A DNA stretch of 63,692 bases, taken from assembly GCA_964473825.1 (NCBI GenBank), contig CAYYQL010000014.1, positions 1 to 63,692 of the forward strand, in the 5' to 3' direction. The notes beneath the pieces were generated by a model. That model ran no database searches. It was given only the letters and a program-made list of their open reading frames with translations, and was not told where the DNA came from. The position numbers and the translations under genes were made by a program. This DNA comes from an uncultured archaeon. GTDB taxonomy: Archaea; Asgardarchaeota; Thorarchaeia; Thorarchaeales; Thorarchaeaceae. Every line of letters begins with the position of its first letter. The stretch's first letter is position 1. Below are positions 39,362-49,217 of this stretch, one piece after another.

Positions 39362-41629
39362 TTGGTTTATGCCATGCTACGAGGTCGAAGACGAGATCTG
39401 ACAAAGGTAATCGTCTTCGTATCTCTTGCAATACTATCCATAGTGCTCACCATCGGTGCGGCCGGGATAGTATCTCTATCGTATGTTACAAGAGTGGGTG
39501 TTCATTCGCTTCTTGCATTCTGGGCATCTATCCCTGCCGCCGTTATCATCCTTGAGCTACAGCAAAGATACTCCCTCTCCAAGATGCTATTTGGAACATC
39601 ATTCATCTTCACCATGCTGATCCATGTCGCCAGTGCACTTCGAAATCTGCTTCAGTTTGGTGCTGAATCAATCGAGGTCACGACTGTGGACTCTGTTTCG
39701 ACACTGATCGAGCTGGCTACGATTGGGACACTGTTTGTTCTCTCTCTCCTATTTCGATACTTGCATGATGGCGAGTTTACCCGGCAGAGGCGGTGGGCTT
39801 CAGCAATTGTCATCATCGGAAGTCCTGTTATCTTCTATATTCTGTGTTCCAACCTGATACTTCCCTTCTTCTCCCCTGAAATGCTCGTTGCTGGGGGAAT
39901 TACCGCCTGCCTCATAGCGACACTCACCTTTGTCATTGTTCCGTTCATTGGATATCGTAGGCCTGAGAAGAGCATCCCGCTTGATCTGGGCTATATCACA
40001 TCCGCATCGATACTCATGATTCTCTCTGCAGTTCTTGTTCTCAGCGCTCTGATAGAGAACTCTGACATTTGGGTCTATGCGGAGAACACTCAGATCGCAG
40101 GTCTTCTGCTCTTTGGTTTCGCAACGGCAATACCCTTTCTGAAGAGTTCTGGTTTCTCCCGAGCGAGTCGGTATGGGGTTGTATCGGTCTTGGCGCTATC
40201 GACATATCTTCCCCTTCTTGTAACAACGATTATCGAGACTCTCTCAATCGATGTGCTGTTTGAAAACACACTGGCCTTTGGTATCATACACATTGGTACT
40301 TGTTGCCTTGCAGCGATGATGGCTGCCCTACTTTATGCATACTCTCGAATTCGTCCCTCTGGAATCCAATATCCACTGATCCTGCTGTTTACTCTCTGGG
40401 CTGGTGTCTTCTTTGCTTCGATTCTACCTATGTTCTGGCCTGAATACGGCGAGCAACTCTCACCTTATCTTGCCGGGAGCATAATTACTCTCATCCTGTT
40501 GAGAGATGTCGAGAAATGGTCATCGTCTGCTCTTGCCGAGAGGGCCATTCCCTCCACACGGACAATCCTCGTTCGTGTGCTGCTCATCCTGACAGTTATA
40601 TCCGTGGTTGAAATTCTGAATCTTCAAGTCCTTCTGAGGTTCGGGGAATTCGAGTGGACAGTCATCGGAAACTCTGTCTTGCTTGCATCGACTTCGATTT
40701 TGATGCTTGGATTCGCATATATGATATTTCTCCTTGCTCGCCGAGGACATGGTTCGCTATCCTTTGAGACCTATGTTGTTGCGTTTCTCTCTTTGTGGAT
40801 TGTCCCGGTGACATTGAAGAGCTTCTATTTGCAGTGGAGTGCAGGTTGGTGGCTTTCAGAGATTCTCCTCTTCATAGGTATGCTCATTGGGCCTGCGGTT
40901 CTCGGATTCCTGTACATCAGGGTGATGAGAGAGGCTGACAGATCTTATACCCGAGCTCGGCTCTTTGCTGGTCTTCTTATGCATGATATCACCAACTACA
41001 ATCAAGTAACACTCACAACACTGGAGCTATTGGGCTCAGGGGAGCTGCCGCAGGGAAGAATTGAGAGTCTAGTTGCTGACGCCAAGAGAGCGGTCTCTAT
41101 GGCAGAGGGTCTGGTTGAGAACGTTCGCCTACTGAGTAGTGGTGACAGTCTATCAACTGATGTGTTGAAGAAAGTCGACCTGGTATCCATGACCGTTCAA
41201 GCAATGGATAGTGTCGCCAGAAATGAGGATGGGGTGGTGCCGGTAATGAACTTTCAACCTGCAGCAGAGCACGCATTCGTAACGGGAAACAGCCTCTTGT
41301 TGGGGGCCTTGGTCAATCTGGTCTATGCGGCGCTGGAATTATCTTCAATCGGTGATGAAATACTCCTGAAGTTGGATTACAACCGGGGCTTGGGTCAGTC
41401 GTGGTGGGAAATTGAGATTGTGGTTCCAACAGCACTTGACTCCTTAGGAGATGCGGTCTTGCAGGATTCGGACATGCTTCCCGGAGAGACGAGAGTGAAT
41501 CTGAGATTTCAGGTGGCTGAGATGGTGGCTGAACAGCTTGGAGGATTCAGCTCTATGAAGATAAAGCGCGGAGACTCATTAGACAGGGGAGTTCGTTTCA
41601 CGTTGGCTCTACCTGCTTGGGATGAGTAG
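39362..41629 (+). CDS. Polytopic membrane sensor with His-kinase-like C-terminus, degenerate ATPase domain (start may be ATG 39374)
   Basis: More than a dozen hydrophobic segments; LMHDITNYNQ H-box; N/G boxes degenerate. Confidence 0.8.
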   Translation: MVYAMLRGRRRDLTKVIVFVSLAILSIVLTIGAAGIVSLSYVTRVGVHSLLAFWASIPAAVIILELQQRYSLSKMLFGTSFIFTMLIHVASALRNLLQFGAESIEVTTVDSVSTLIELATIGTLFVLSLLFRYLHDGEFTRQRRWASAIVIIGSPVIFYILCSNLILPFFSPEMLVAGGITACLIATLTFVIVPFIGYRRPEKSIPLDLGYITSASILMILSAVLVLSALIENSDIWVYAENTQIAGLLLFGFATAIPFLKSSGFSRASRYGVVSVLALSTYLPLLVTTIIETLSIDVLFENTLAFGIIHIGTCCLAAMMAALLYAYSRIRPSGIQYPLILLFTLWAGVFFASILPMFWPEYGEQLSPYLAGSIITLILLRDVEKWSSSALAERAIPSTRTILVRVLLILTVISVVEILNLQVLLRFGEFEWTVIGNSVLLASTSILMLGFAYMIFLLARRGHGSLSFETYVVAFLSLWIVPVTLKSFYLQWSAGWWLSEILLFIGMLIGPAVLGFLYIRVMREADRSYTRARLFAGLLMHDITNYNQVTLTTLELLGSGELPQGRIESLVADAKRAVSMAEGLVENVRLLSSGDSLSTDVLKKVDLVSMTVQAMDSVARNEDGVVPVMNFQPAAEHAFVTGNSLLLGALVNLVYAALELSSIGDEILLKLDYNRGLGQSWWEIEIVVPTALDSLGDAVLQDSDMLPGETRVNLRFQVAEMVAEQLGGFSSMKIKRGDSLDRGVRFTLALPAWDE

Positions 41630-43625
41630 ATCTGGATCTCATAGGTAGTTCAATAACGAACCTCGTCCCCTTTGTATGATCTCCATTCACCCTGTCTTCA
41701 ATCCAGATGCGACCTGAGTATCTGTCGATGATTCGTTTGACAAGTGTAAGACCTATCCCGTGACGAGCTCCCTTCCTGTCACCTATAGAGACCAAGATAT
41801 CTTCCTTCTCCTTATCGGGTATTCCCTGCCCGGAGTCCTCTATGGCGATGCTTAGAGTTTCTGCTCCTCTTGGCTTTGCTCTTGCCTCTATTCTCACAGT
41901 TGCTTCAGGATCAAAACGAACAGCATTATGAAGCAGATTATAGAATACATCCTCAAGAAATCTATCTGCTATAACGATATACTCTCCCGGCTTAAAGTCG
42001 GCCACGACTTCAAGTTGTTTATTGGGGAAAGACTCGCTGGCGGTTTCAGCGGCTCGTGTGAGCATCTTATGTGGACATACGGGGTGAAGAGTGACCGTGG
42101 CGCCTCTGAGCTGGGCCAGTCGCTTCACATTTGTGGTCAACAGGATTCCTCTCCTTGTAAGCAGAAATGCTGTGTCAACCAGCTGTCTAACATCGTCAGG
42201 AACGTTGCGTAGCTTCATGAGCTCAAGGCTTGCTATGATGCCCTGTTGTATATTTGCTAGATCATGCGCCAAGATGTCATTGTAGAATTCGGCGGTTCTC
42301 TTGGCCATCTGAAGCTCATTTTCCGTGTTCTTTCTCCTGGTTATGTCTCTGGCAACGCCTACTACTGCTGTAGGCCTATCTTTCTCATCACGGATGAAGG
42401 TTCGTGTGACTTCTATCCATATCAGGGAACCATCATGGCGTTCCGCCTCCAGTTCGAGTGGGGGCGCATCATAACCCTTCCTTCCGACCTCCTCATTGAT
42501 GACCCGCATCTTTCGTATCTCTTTGGCAATGATGCCCGTTGACTCTGGTGTCATGAATGTTGATATTGGGTTATTGAGTACCTCTTCTGGTGTGTAGCCG
42601 AATACCTCTTCGACAGACGGACTGACATAGTCCAGCTTCATATCAAGACTTAGGATCCATATGACATCTTTGATGTTATCTGCGAGCAGCCTGTATCGTC
42701 TCTCGCTATCCCGAAGTGCCTGGATGTAGAGTCTGCGTTCGGTAGTATCAATGAAAGTTCCTAGTACTGCAGGGCCCCCCTCATAATGTATCCGCGTCGC
42801 AGCTAATTCCCACCACCGAATTTCGCCGTTTCTTGTTATGACTCTTACAGTTGATCTACTTGGCCCGATTTCTCCTGTGAGGTGTTGCTCGAATCGTGAG
42901 AAGTACCATTCTCTGTCATCAGGATGGACGGTGTTTCTAATGCCTTCATCCCTCAGTGACAATAACTCATCTCTCGAGTAGCCAATCATTGAACAGAGCG
43001 CTGGATTGGCATAGACGAATCTCAGAGGGGTTCCCTTTGCAATGGCAATCCCCTGAATAGAGTTCTCAACGAGCATTCGGCATTTCTCTTCGCTCTTCCT
43101 TAGTGCCCTGAGGCTTTGCTGATGCTCAATGAGGGCTCCGAACGCTTGCGCTATCGATTCAAATAGCCGTTTGCCCTCTGTTTCCAGCGGTTTCTTAGTA
43201 TGGCTAGCAAGATTAACAACTCCTAGGAGTTTGCCATTGCCCCCTTTGATGGGCCAGAACACTAGCGTTCTTATCTTGAGTTCTCGAATAATCTCCAGAC
43301 GTGACTCCGGCAGGTCCTCTGCTGGCGCATCAAGCACGAAGATAGGTTCACCAGTGCGCGCGACAGAGGCTCCAAGATTCTCTGGATCATCAAGCGGGAG
43401 TTCTGGTATAAGTCTGTCCTCGGGCACCCCTCTGGCAGCAACCAGTCTGAGAACGTTGTTCTCTTCGTCTATTATTTGCAGTGTGCCAATGTCCAGATCC
43501 AAGGTGCTCAGAAGCCCTGCAAGCATTCTTGAGTAAACGTCCGGGGTTAACTCGTTCTGAAGTACGAATTCTGTGATGAGCTTGAGTACGTCTACTTCTT
43601 GCTGAAGCCTGGTTTCTTCTTCCAC
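41598..43625 (-). CDS. Soluble GAF-PAS-PAS sensor histidine kinase
   Basis: GAF (L.LVAARG..LGVVNL), two PAS/PAC (NPALCSMIGY, SPSVEEVFGY..RDITRRK), AHDLAN, NLLHNA, DSGQGI, GIGL. Confidence 0.92.
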   Translation of the reverse strand: MEEETRLQQEVDVLKLITEFVLQNELTPDVYSRMLAGLLSTLDLDIGTLQIIDEENNVLRLVAARGVPEDRLIPELPLDDPENLGASVARTGEPIFVLDAPAEDLPESRLEIIRELKIRTLVFWPIKGGNGKLLGVVNLASHTKKPLETEGKRLFESIAQAFGALIEHQQSLRALRKSEEKCRMLVENSIQGIAIAKGTPLRFVYANPALCSMIGYSRDELLSLRDEGIRNTVHPDDREWYFSRFEQHLTGEIGPSRSTVRVITRNGEIRWWELAATRIHYEGGPAVLGTFIDTTERRLYIQALRDSERRYRLLADNIKDVIWILSLDMKLDYVSPSVEEVFGYTPEEVLNNPISTFMTPESTGIIAKEIRKMRVINEEVGRKGYDAPPLELEAERHDGSLIWIEVTRTFIRDEKDRPTAVVGVARDITRRKNTENELQMAKRTAEFYNDILAHDLANIQQGIIASLELMKLRNVPDDVRQLVDTAFLLTRRGILLTTNVKRLAQLRGATVTLHPVCPHKMLTRAAETASESFPNKQLEVVADFKPGEYIVIADRFLEDVFYNLLHNAVRFDPEATVRIEARAKPRGAETLSIAIEDSGQGIPDKEKEDILVSIGDRKGARHGIGLTLVKRIIDRYSGRIWIEDRVNGDHTKGTRFVIELPMRSRSTHPKQVEPT

Positions 43626-43867
43626 GTCCGAAGTTCTCTCCCTCGTTTTTTGTATCTCTGCGTCTGTTTGCCGTTTCTCTCGTCATTACTGTAATTATGT
43701 CTATGGGTTTCTAACGAAAAACAGTCGTACGCGAATGGCTTACACTTTGCATTAAGTTGCTTTGAGACAATTAGTTGCCTACTTGGAAACTGGTCCTGAA
43801 GACAATGAACAGACTCGCCGTAACGATCAATTCCCCTTTCGATTCAGCCCGTTTATCCATGGAGAGT

Positions 43868-44254
43868 CTAAATGCGCCGTTTCACAGTGGGCATAGTCGC
43901 GCCACAATAAGGGCATTTTACTGTCAACGGTCCGGCCCACTCCACATTCTCAAGACTGATACTTGCACCACAGCTCTTACAGAGGCTTGGTGGCTCATGA
44001 ATGTAAGACGAGGCATCAGCTCCATTATGCTTACGCAATGAGCCAAGGAACCCAGTGGGACCACCATCCATTGATTTGACGATGAGCGGCACTCCTATGA
44101 TTATCCCAATAATGGGCACGACGAATATCCAGAAGAGAATCATGCCGATTCCTGTGTCCCCCGCTCGAAGTCCTCTAATCATCATGATGAAGCCGCTTAC
44201 GAAAAATATCATGATGATTCCAATACCGGCCCAGAGTTTGTTGATGTCGGTCAT
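43868..44254 (-). CDS. 2-TM membrane protein with C-terminal zinc ribbon
   Basis: Two hydrophobic helices; CKSC...CPYC; GGAG before ATG. Confidence 0.8.
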   Translation of the reverse strand: MTDINKLWAGIGIIMIFFVSGFIMMIRGLRAGDTGIGMILFWIFVVPIIGIIIGVPLIVKSMDGGPTGFLGSLRKHNGADASSYIHEPPSLCKSCGASISLENVEWAGPLTVKCPYCGATMPTVKRRI

Positions 44255-44590
44255 CTCCTTCAGCTCCTGGGAGTCGACTGAGGCAAAGAAAGCTCGTTCT
44301 TATAGACTCTTTCCTGTTCGTCCTGAAGTATAGTGTGGTTTGCTCAACATATCCCTTGGTTCCGCTTTTCGCAGGAGTCTGACTTTCATAGATGCAAAAC
44401 TGGAACGGTGAAGAAGCCAAGAATGGCGGCCAAGTGAGTAACCGCAGAGAAGAGGAGAATCTTAGTTGTATCCAAGGCGCTTGGAATCTGATCCCGATTC
44501 CGAACACTGGAGAGGCGACAAATGGGTATCATCAGTCTCTCAAAGAGTTTCACAGAGTTACAATATGTAATCAAAGACCAGAGCATCGTT

Positions 44591-44609
44591 AAGAAAATAA
44601 CACTTAAAT
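44591..44609 (+). promoter_or_regulatory. Putative BRE/TATA promoter of the mvhD-fdhAB operon
   Basis: Purine-rich AAGAAAA followed by CTTAAAT about 20-25 nt before the first ATG. Confidence 0.4.
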
Positions 44610-44627
44610 CTCACATTTCGTTCACGG

Positions 44628-45083
44628 ATGGAAAAAGGAGGAAGCACGATTTCAGCGACGGTTTTCGAACCAACAGTGATAGCATTTCTCTGTAATTGGT
44701 GCAGCTATGCTGGCGCAGACTTGACAGGAACTTCCAGAATCCAATATGCGCCTAATATCCACTCCGTCAGAGTGAATTGCTCCAGCCGCATCGATCCGAC
44801 TTTTCCTATCAAAGCTCTACTCTTGGGAGCTGATGGCGTTTTCATAGGAGGCTGTCATCCAGGAGATTGTCATTATAGCACCGGAAATCTCCTCACAAGA
44901 AGAAGGGTGATGATGCTGAAGCCACTGCTGGAAACAGTGGGAATAGACCCACAGAGGTTGAGACTGGAGTGGGTGTCCGCTTCGGAATCTACAAAGTTCG
45001 CTGAAGTGGTTGATGACTTCGTGGACCAGCTGAAGAAGCTGGGGCCAAATCCATTGAGGAGGTTATCCTTTGCTCACGTATGA
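44628..45083 (+). CDS. mvhD: Hydrogenase/Fdh iron-sulfur subunit MvhD/FlpD
   Basis: FLCNWCSYAGAD, VNCSSRIDP, GADGV..GGCHPGDCHY..GN. Confidence 0.93.
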   Translation: MEKGGSTISATVFEPTVIAFLCNWCSYAGADLTGTSRIQYAPNIHSVRVNCSSRIDPTFPIKALLLGADGVFIGGCHPGDCHYSTGNLLTRRRVMMLKPLLETVGIDPQRLRLEWVSASESTKFAEVVDDFVDQLKKLGPNPLRRLSFAHV

Positions 45084-47097
45084 GCCTACAATCTGTCCTT
45101 ACTGCAGTTGTGGGTGCGGAATCTTTCTTGTCATAGAAAACGGAAAGGTGATTGGCCAAGAACCTTGGAACGAGCATCCAATCAATGAGGGGGGCAACTG
45201 TCCGAAAGGGCGAAACTCGTATCAATTTTTGTACGCTGAAGACCGGCTCAAAAAACCTCTTATCAAGAGGAATGGCAAGTTTGTCGAGAGCACTTGGGAT
45301 GAGGCGCTTACCTTCATCACTGAGAAACTGAAGAAGGCCTCGCCTGATGAGTTCGGAATGCTTGCGTCAGGGAAGAATACGAATGAAGATGCCTATGTCA
45401 TCCAGAAATTCACACGAGTTGTGATGGGTACCAACAACGTGGAGTACTGCGGCCGTCTGTGTCACTCCTCTACTGCAGCCGGTCTTGGGCCAACAGTGGG
45501 TTCTGGTGTGATGCCTATCTCTCAACTCGATATTGACAAGGCAGACTGCTTTCTCTTAGTAGGCATCAATCCCAAGGAAACCTTCCCGATGATGGCAAAG
45601 AGAATCATGAGAGCCAAAGAGAAGGGGGCGAAGGTGATTCTAGTTGATCCTCGTAGGACAGTCACTGCGCGAGAACTGGCAGATATTCATCTTCAACTCA
45701 AACTTGGGACAGATGTGTCACTCATCAACTCAATGATGAAGATTGTCCTTGATGAAGGACTTGAGAACAAGGAGTTCATTGAGAAACGTACAACGGGTAT
45801 CGATGCCCTGCGGGAGCATCTCGAATCATTGGACCTTGACGAAATGGCCGAAGTTTCGGAAGTGTCTGTTGATAAGGTCAAGATGGCAGCCGAGTGCTTC
45901 GCAAGAGCAAAGACGGCTTGTGTTCTCTATAACCAAGGGCTCAATCAGCACACCACTGGCGCTGACGGTATTAAGGCATTGGCGACTCTTGCACTGCTCA
46001 CGGGTCAGTATGGCCGCCCCGCGACTGGTCTGTCCCCCACGCGTGGACAGATTAACGGGGAGGGAACCGGAGATATGGGCTGTCTCAATGTGTTCTATCC
46101 CGGATTCAAGAAGGTGGGAACTGGAGCTGAGAAGATATTCGAAGAGCTATGGAATGTTGAAAGCCTGCCGTCAGCACCTGGACTACCGTATACGAAGATG
46201 ATAGAACAGACCAAGTATCTCTGGGTAATTGGAACGAATCCCATGATGGCTGCACCAGATACAGACAATGTGAAGAAGGCTCTAGAGGAAAAGGAGCTAT
46301 TGGTGGTCCAAGACATTTTCCCCACAGAGACCGCAGAGCTTGCGGACGTGGTGCTTCCCGTCTGCACATGGATTGAGCGGACGGGGGTCCATGCATATGT
46401 TGATCGGAGAGTTCAGAAAATCACAAAGCTGGTTGAGTGTCCAGGTGAGGCTAGACCAGACTGGTGGATTGTAACCGAGGTAGCTCAACGAATGGGTCAG
46501 AAGGAACAATTTGACTTCTCCTCCTCGGAAGACGTATTCGATGAGATTCGCAGATGTGTTCCCCCTTACAAGGGTATCACCTACGAGAGGCTTGAGCAGA
46601 CTCCTGGGGGAATCCAGTGGCCATGTCCTTCAGAAGAACACCCGGGCACTCCAACATTCTTCACGGAGAAATTCAACACACCCGATGGTCTAGGTCATCT
46701 CCAGGTTGTTGATTTCAAGCCGCCGGCTGAAATACCGGATGAAGAGTACCCTTACTACTTGACCACGGGGAGAAGCATCTTTCATTACCATACTGGAACC
46801 ATGACCCGTCGAACGCCAAAATTGGACGATGAGATACCAAGTGCCTACTGTCAGATTAACCCAAATGACGCAGTGGCGGAGAGAATTACAGCAGGAAGCA
46901 GGATAGTGCTGAGGACACGCAGAGGAAGCATAGAGGCAGAGGCGCACGTGACTGATGATGTCCCAGAGGGACTGATTTTCCTGCCGTTCCACTTCAGTGA
47001 GTCGAGCGCCAACAAGATAACGAATCCAGTGCTTGACCCGGCCTGTGGAATGCCGGAGTACAAGGTATGTGCTGTTAAGCTTGAGGTGATTGAATGA
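45070..47097 (+). CDS. fdhA: Formate dehydrogenase alpha subunit (Mo/W-bisPGD, Cys-type)
   Basis: CPYCSCGC..CPKG, RLCHSST (Cys-His), VQDIF.TETAELADVVLP, LTTGR..HYHTGTMTRR, PEYKVCAV. Confidence 0.92.
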   Translation: MLTYEPTICPYCSCGCGIFLVIENGKVIGQEPWNEHPINEGGNCPKGRNSYQFLYAEDRLKKPLIKRNGKFVESTWDEALTFITEKLKKASPDEFGMLASGKNTNEDAYVIQKFTRVVMGTNNVEYCGRLCHSSTAAGLGPTVGSGVMPISQLDIDKADCFLLVGINPKETFPMMAKRIMRAKEKGAKVILVDPRRTVTARELADIHLQLKLGTDVSLINSMMKIVLDEGLENKEFIEKRTTGIDALREHLESLDLDEMAEVSEVSVDKVKMAAECFARAKTACVLYNQGLNQHTTGADGIKALATLALLTGQYGRPATGLSPTRGQINGEGTGDMGCLNVFYPGFKKVGTGAEKIFEELWNVESLPSAPGLPYTKMIEQTKYLWVIGTNPMMAAPDTDNVKKALEEKELLVVQDIFPTETAELADVVLPVCTWIERTGVHAYVDRRVQKITKLVECPGEARPDWWIVTEVAQRMGQKEQFDFSSSEDVFDEIRRCVPPYKGITYERLEQTPGGIQWPCPSEEHPGTPTFFTEKFNTPDGLGHLQVVDFKPPAEIPDEEYPYYLTTGRSIFHYHTGTMTRRTPKLDDEIPSAYCQINPNDAVAERITAGSRIVLRTRRGSIEAEAHVTDDVPEGLIFLPFHFSESSANKITNPVLDPACGMPEYKVCAVKLEVIE

Positions 47098-48344
47098 GTG
47101 ATGATTTCTACATTGGACGTTCACTAGACGAAGATCTGCTTGACAGAGCTGAATCTGGCGGGGTGGTGACTTCTCTACTGAGGTGCGCTCTGGAGGAATC
47201 AATCGTCGATGGAGTTGTCACAGTAAGATCGTTGAATGGAAATAGATTCACAGCTGTTCCCGTCCTGATCAGGGACCCAGAGGAACTGGCTGATACGGCC
47301 GGTTCGCTCCACTGCGCTGCTCCTAACATCGCTCGTTTTGTCAAAGAGTATCTCTCCGGTGCCTCGAAGATGAGACTTGTTGTCGTTGGCAAACCTTGTG
47401 ATATCAGAGCGATAATCGAGCTGCAGAAGCGGAGCCAGATTGACAAAGACAACGTGGTCCTAGTCGGGCTGAATTGTACAGGTACTCTTGCACCATCAAA
47501 GGCCAAGAGAATGCTCATTGAGCAGTTTGAGGTTGACCCCAAGGATGTTGTAGGGGAAGACATCGATGATGGGAAATTGACAATATATCTAGAAGATGGA
47601 TCTTCCAAATCGCTGGATTTGTTAGAGCTAGAGAAGAATGGATACGGCCGCAGAGACAATTGCAGAAGATGTGAAATCAAGATCCCGGTGTTTGCAGACA
47701 TAGCATGTGGGAAATGGGGCACAGAGGACGAGGAGAAGAAGAGTACATTCATCCAACTCTGTTCCGATAAGGGCCGATCTCTCTTTGATAAGGCACTCAA
47801 GAATGGATACATTGAAGCTCAGGCCGCAGGCGAAGAAGCACTGATAGTACGAGAGAAGAAGGTTGAGCAAGAGCGAGCAAGAGCACTCGAAGCAAGGGAG
47901 CTGGATTTCGCACCAATCGACGAAATGAGCTTAGATGAGAGACAGGAGTACTGGCTAGAGGAGTTCAACAAATGCATCAAGTGTTATGGGTGCAGAGACT
48001 CTTGTCCAATCTGCTATTGCGAACACTGTCTGCTAGAGGCAAGTAGGGATTTCGTGAAACCTGGTGTGATACCACCGAGTTCTGTCTTCCCATTAACCAG
48101 GCTAGCTCATGTTGCTGACTCTTGTGTGAACTGCGGACAATGTCAGGATGCTTGTCCGATGGAGCTTCCTTTGTCAAAGCTCTTCAGTTTCCTGAACTCG
48201 AAGCTCAGGGATGTCTTTGAGTACGTTCCCGGAGTTGATGCTGAGCAGGCTCCACCATTGGCGAAGGCAATGGACATTGAGATGCAGATAGATGACACCT
48301 TCCTCGATATTGCATCTATATTGGAGAAGGAGAAAGCGAAATAG
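47094..48344 (+). CDS. fdhB: Formate dehydrogenase beta subunit (FrhB/FdhB F420-type with 2x[4Fe-4S])
   Basis: ESGGVVTSLL, GSLHC, KPCD, GLNCTG, CRRC..ADIACGKWG, CIKCYGCRDSCPICYC, CVNCGQCQDACP; ATGA overlap. Confidence 0.9.
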   Translation: MSDDFYIGRSLDEDLLDRAESGGVVTSLLRCALEESIVDGVVTVRSLNGNRFTAVPVLIRDPEELADTAGSLHCAAPNIARFVKEYLSGASKMRLVVVGKPCDIRAIIELQKRSQIDKDNVVLVGLNCTGTLAPSKAKRMLIEQFEVDPKDVVGEDIDDGKLTIYLEDGSSKSLDLLELEKNGYGRRDNCRRCEIKIPVFADIACGKWGTEDEEKKSTFIQLCSDKGRSLFDKALKNGYIEAQAAGEEALIVREKKVEQERARALEARELDFAPIDEMSLDERQEYWLEEFNKCIKCYGCRDSCPICYCEHCLLEASRDFVKPGVIPPSSVFPLTRLAHVADSCVNCGQCQDACPMELPLSKLFSFLNSKLRDVFEYVPGVDAEQAPPLAKAMDIEMQIDDTFLDIASILEKEKAK

Positions 48345-48452
48345 AATTGGTTGAATCTTCTTCATCATGTGTTGTCTTCTTTTGACACATTGCTGAAGGA
48401 ATGTCCACGTGAAGCATCACATCGAAACACTTCCTGTGTCTACGATATATTG

Positions 48453-49217
48453 CTACATCAAGATGAGCCGCAGCGGGTCGACTCTCTCTCGTAGCGTCTT
48501 CAACTCCTCTTCGGTTGGTGGAGGCTCTACCTGAGACCTAGAGGTATCGATCTCGAAACCTGTGCAGGTCTGTATTTCTTCCGGATTTGTATACTCGAAA
48601 TGATTCTGCACATACATTCTCTTCGTGGTGCTCTCAAATGCCATAACCCCCAGAGTTGTGATAACGGCCTCAGGACCCCCTTGAGGAAGACCCGCGAGTC
48701 TTCTGGAGTCATATCCATCAAGCCAGCCAGGGCTTGTCAGATAGTCGAGCTTGTCCACAAATCGCCTTGGCTCGTGTTTCATGAAAATCATTGTTCTACC
48801 CACAGAGCATGCTACATCGCACGCCCCACCGCTACCGGGCAGACGGACGGTAGGCTTCCTATACTCGCCTATGACCGTGCTGTTCAGATTCCCATGGGGG
48901 TCTATCTGAGCTCCTGACAGAACGCCCAGAACATCTGCACCGCTGAACTTGTTCTGCATGTACGCGAAGGCATCAGCAAGCCCTCCGTGATGCGAGGCAC
49001 GGTACATGACTCTTGAGTCCGCGACGGTCATGGGAATCTCAACTAGCTCTGGGTCAATGGAGCCTGTCTCGAAGAAAACGATGCAGTTCGGGGCATGTGT
49101 GCACTTCGCAGTCATCACGGCAAGCATTGGCAGTCCAGTGCCGCAGAAGACCACATCATTATCGTTGATCCTTCTTGAACATGCAATAGCCATCATCTCG
49201 AGATGGTTGTACTTCAT
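48453..49217 (-). CDS. gctB: CoA-transferase subunit B (glutaconate CoA-transferase family)
   Basis: GTGLP, FETG (catalytic Glu), GAQID..GNLNST, RLPGSGGA, DYLTSPG; ATGA overlap fixes start at 49217. Confidence 0.85.
   Translation of the reverse strand: MKYNHLEMMAIACSRRINDNDVVFCGTGLPMLAVMTAKCTHAPNCIVFFETGSIDPELVEIPMTVADSRVMYRASHHGGLADAFAYMQNKFSGADVLGVLSGAQIDPHGNLNSTVIGEYRKPTVRLPGSGGACDVACSVGRTMIFMKHEPRRFVDKLDYLTSPGWLDGYDSRRLAGLPQGGPEAVITTLGVMAFESTTKRMYVQNHFEYTNPEEIQTCTGFEIDTSRSQVEPPPTEEELKTLRERVDPLRLILM

Noticed and set aside
44424-44518. 5S rRNA-like words GGCGGCCA and CCCGATTCCGAACAC
   Set aside because: Spacing is about twice that in 5S rRNA and no terminal helix or remaining 5S motifs are present
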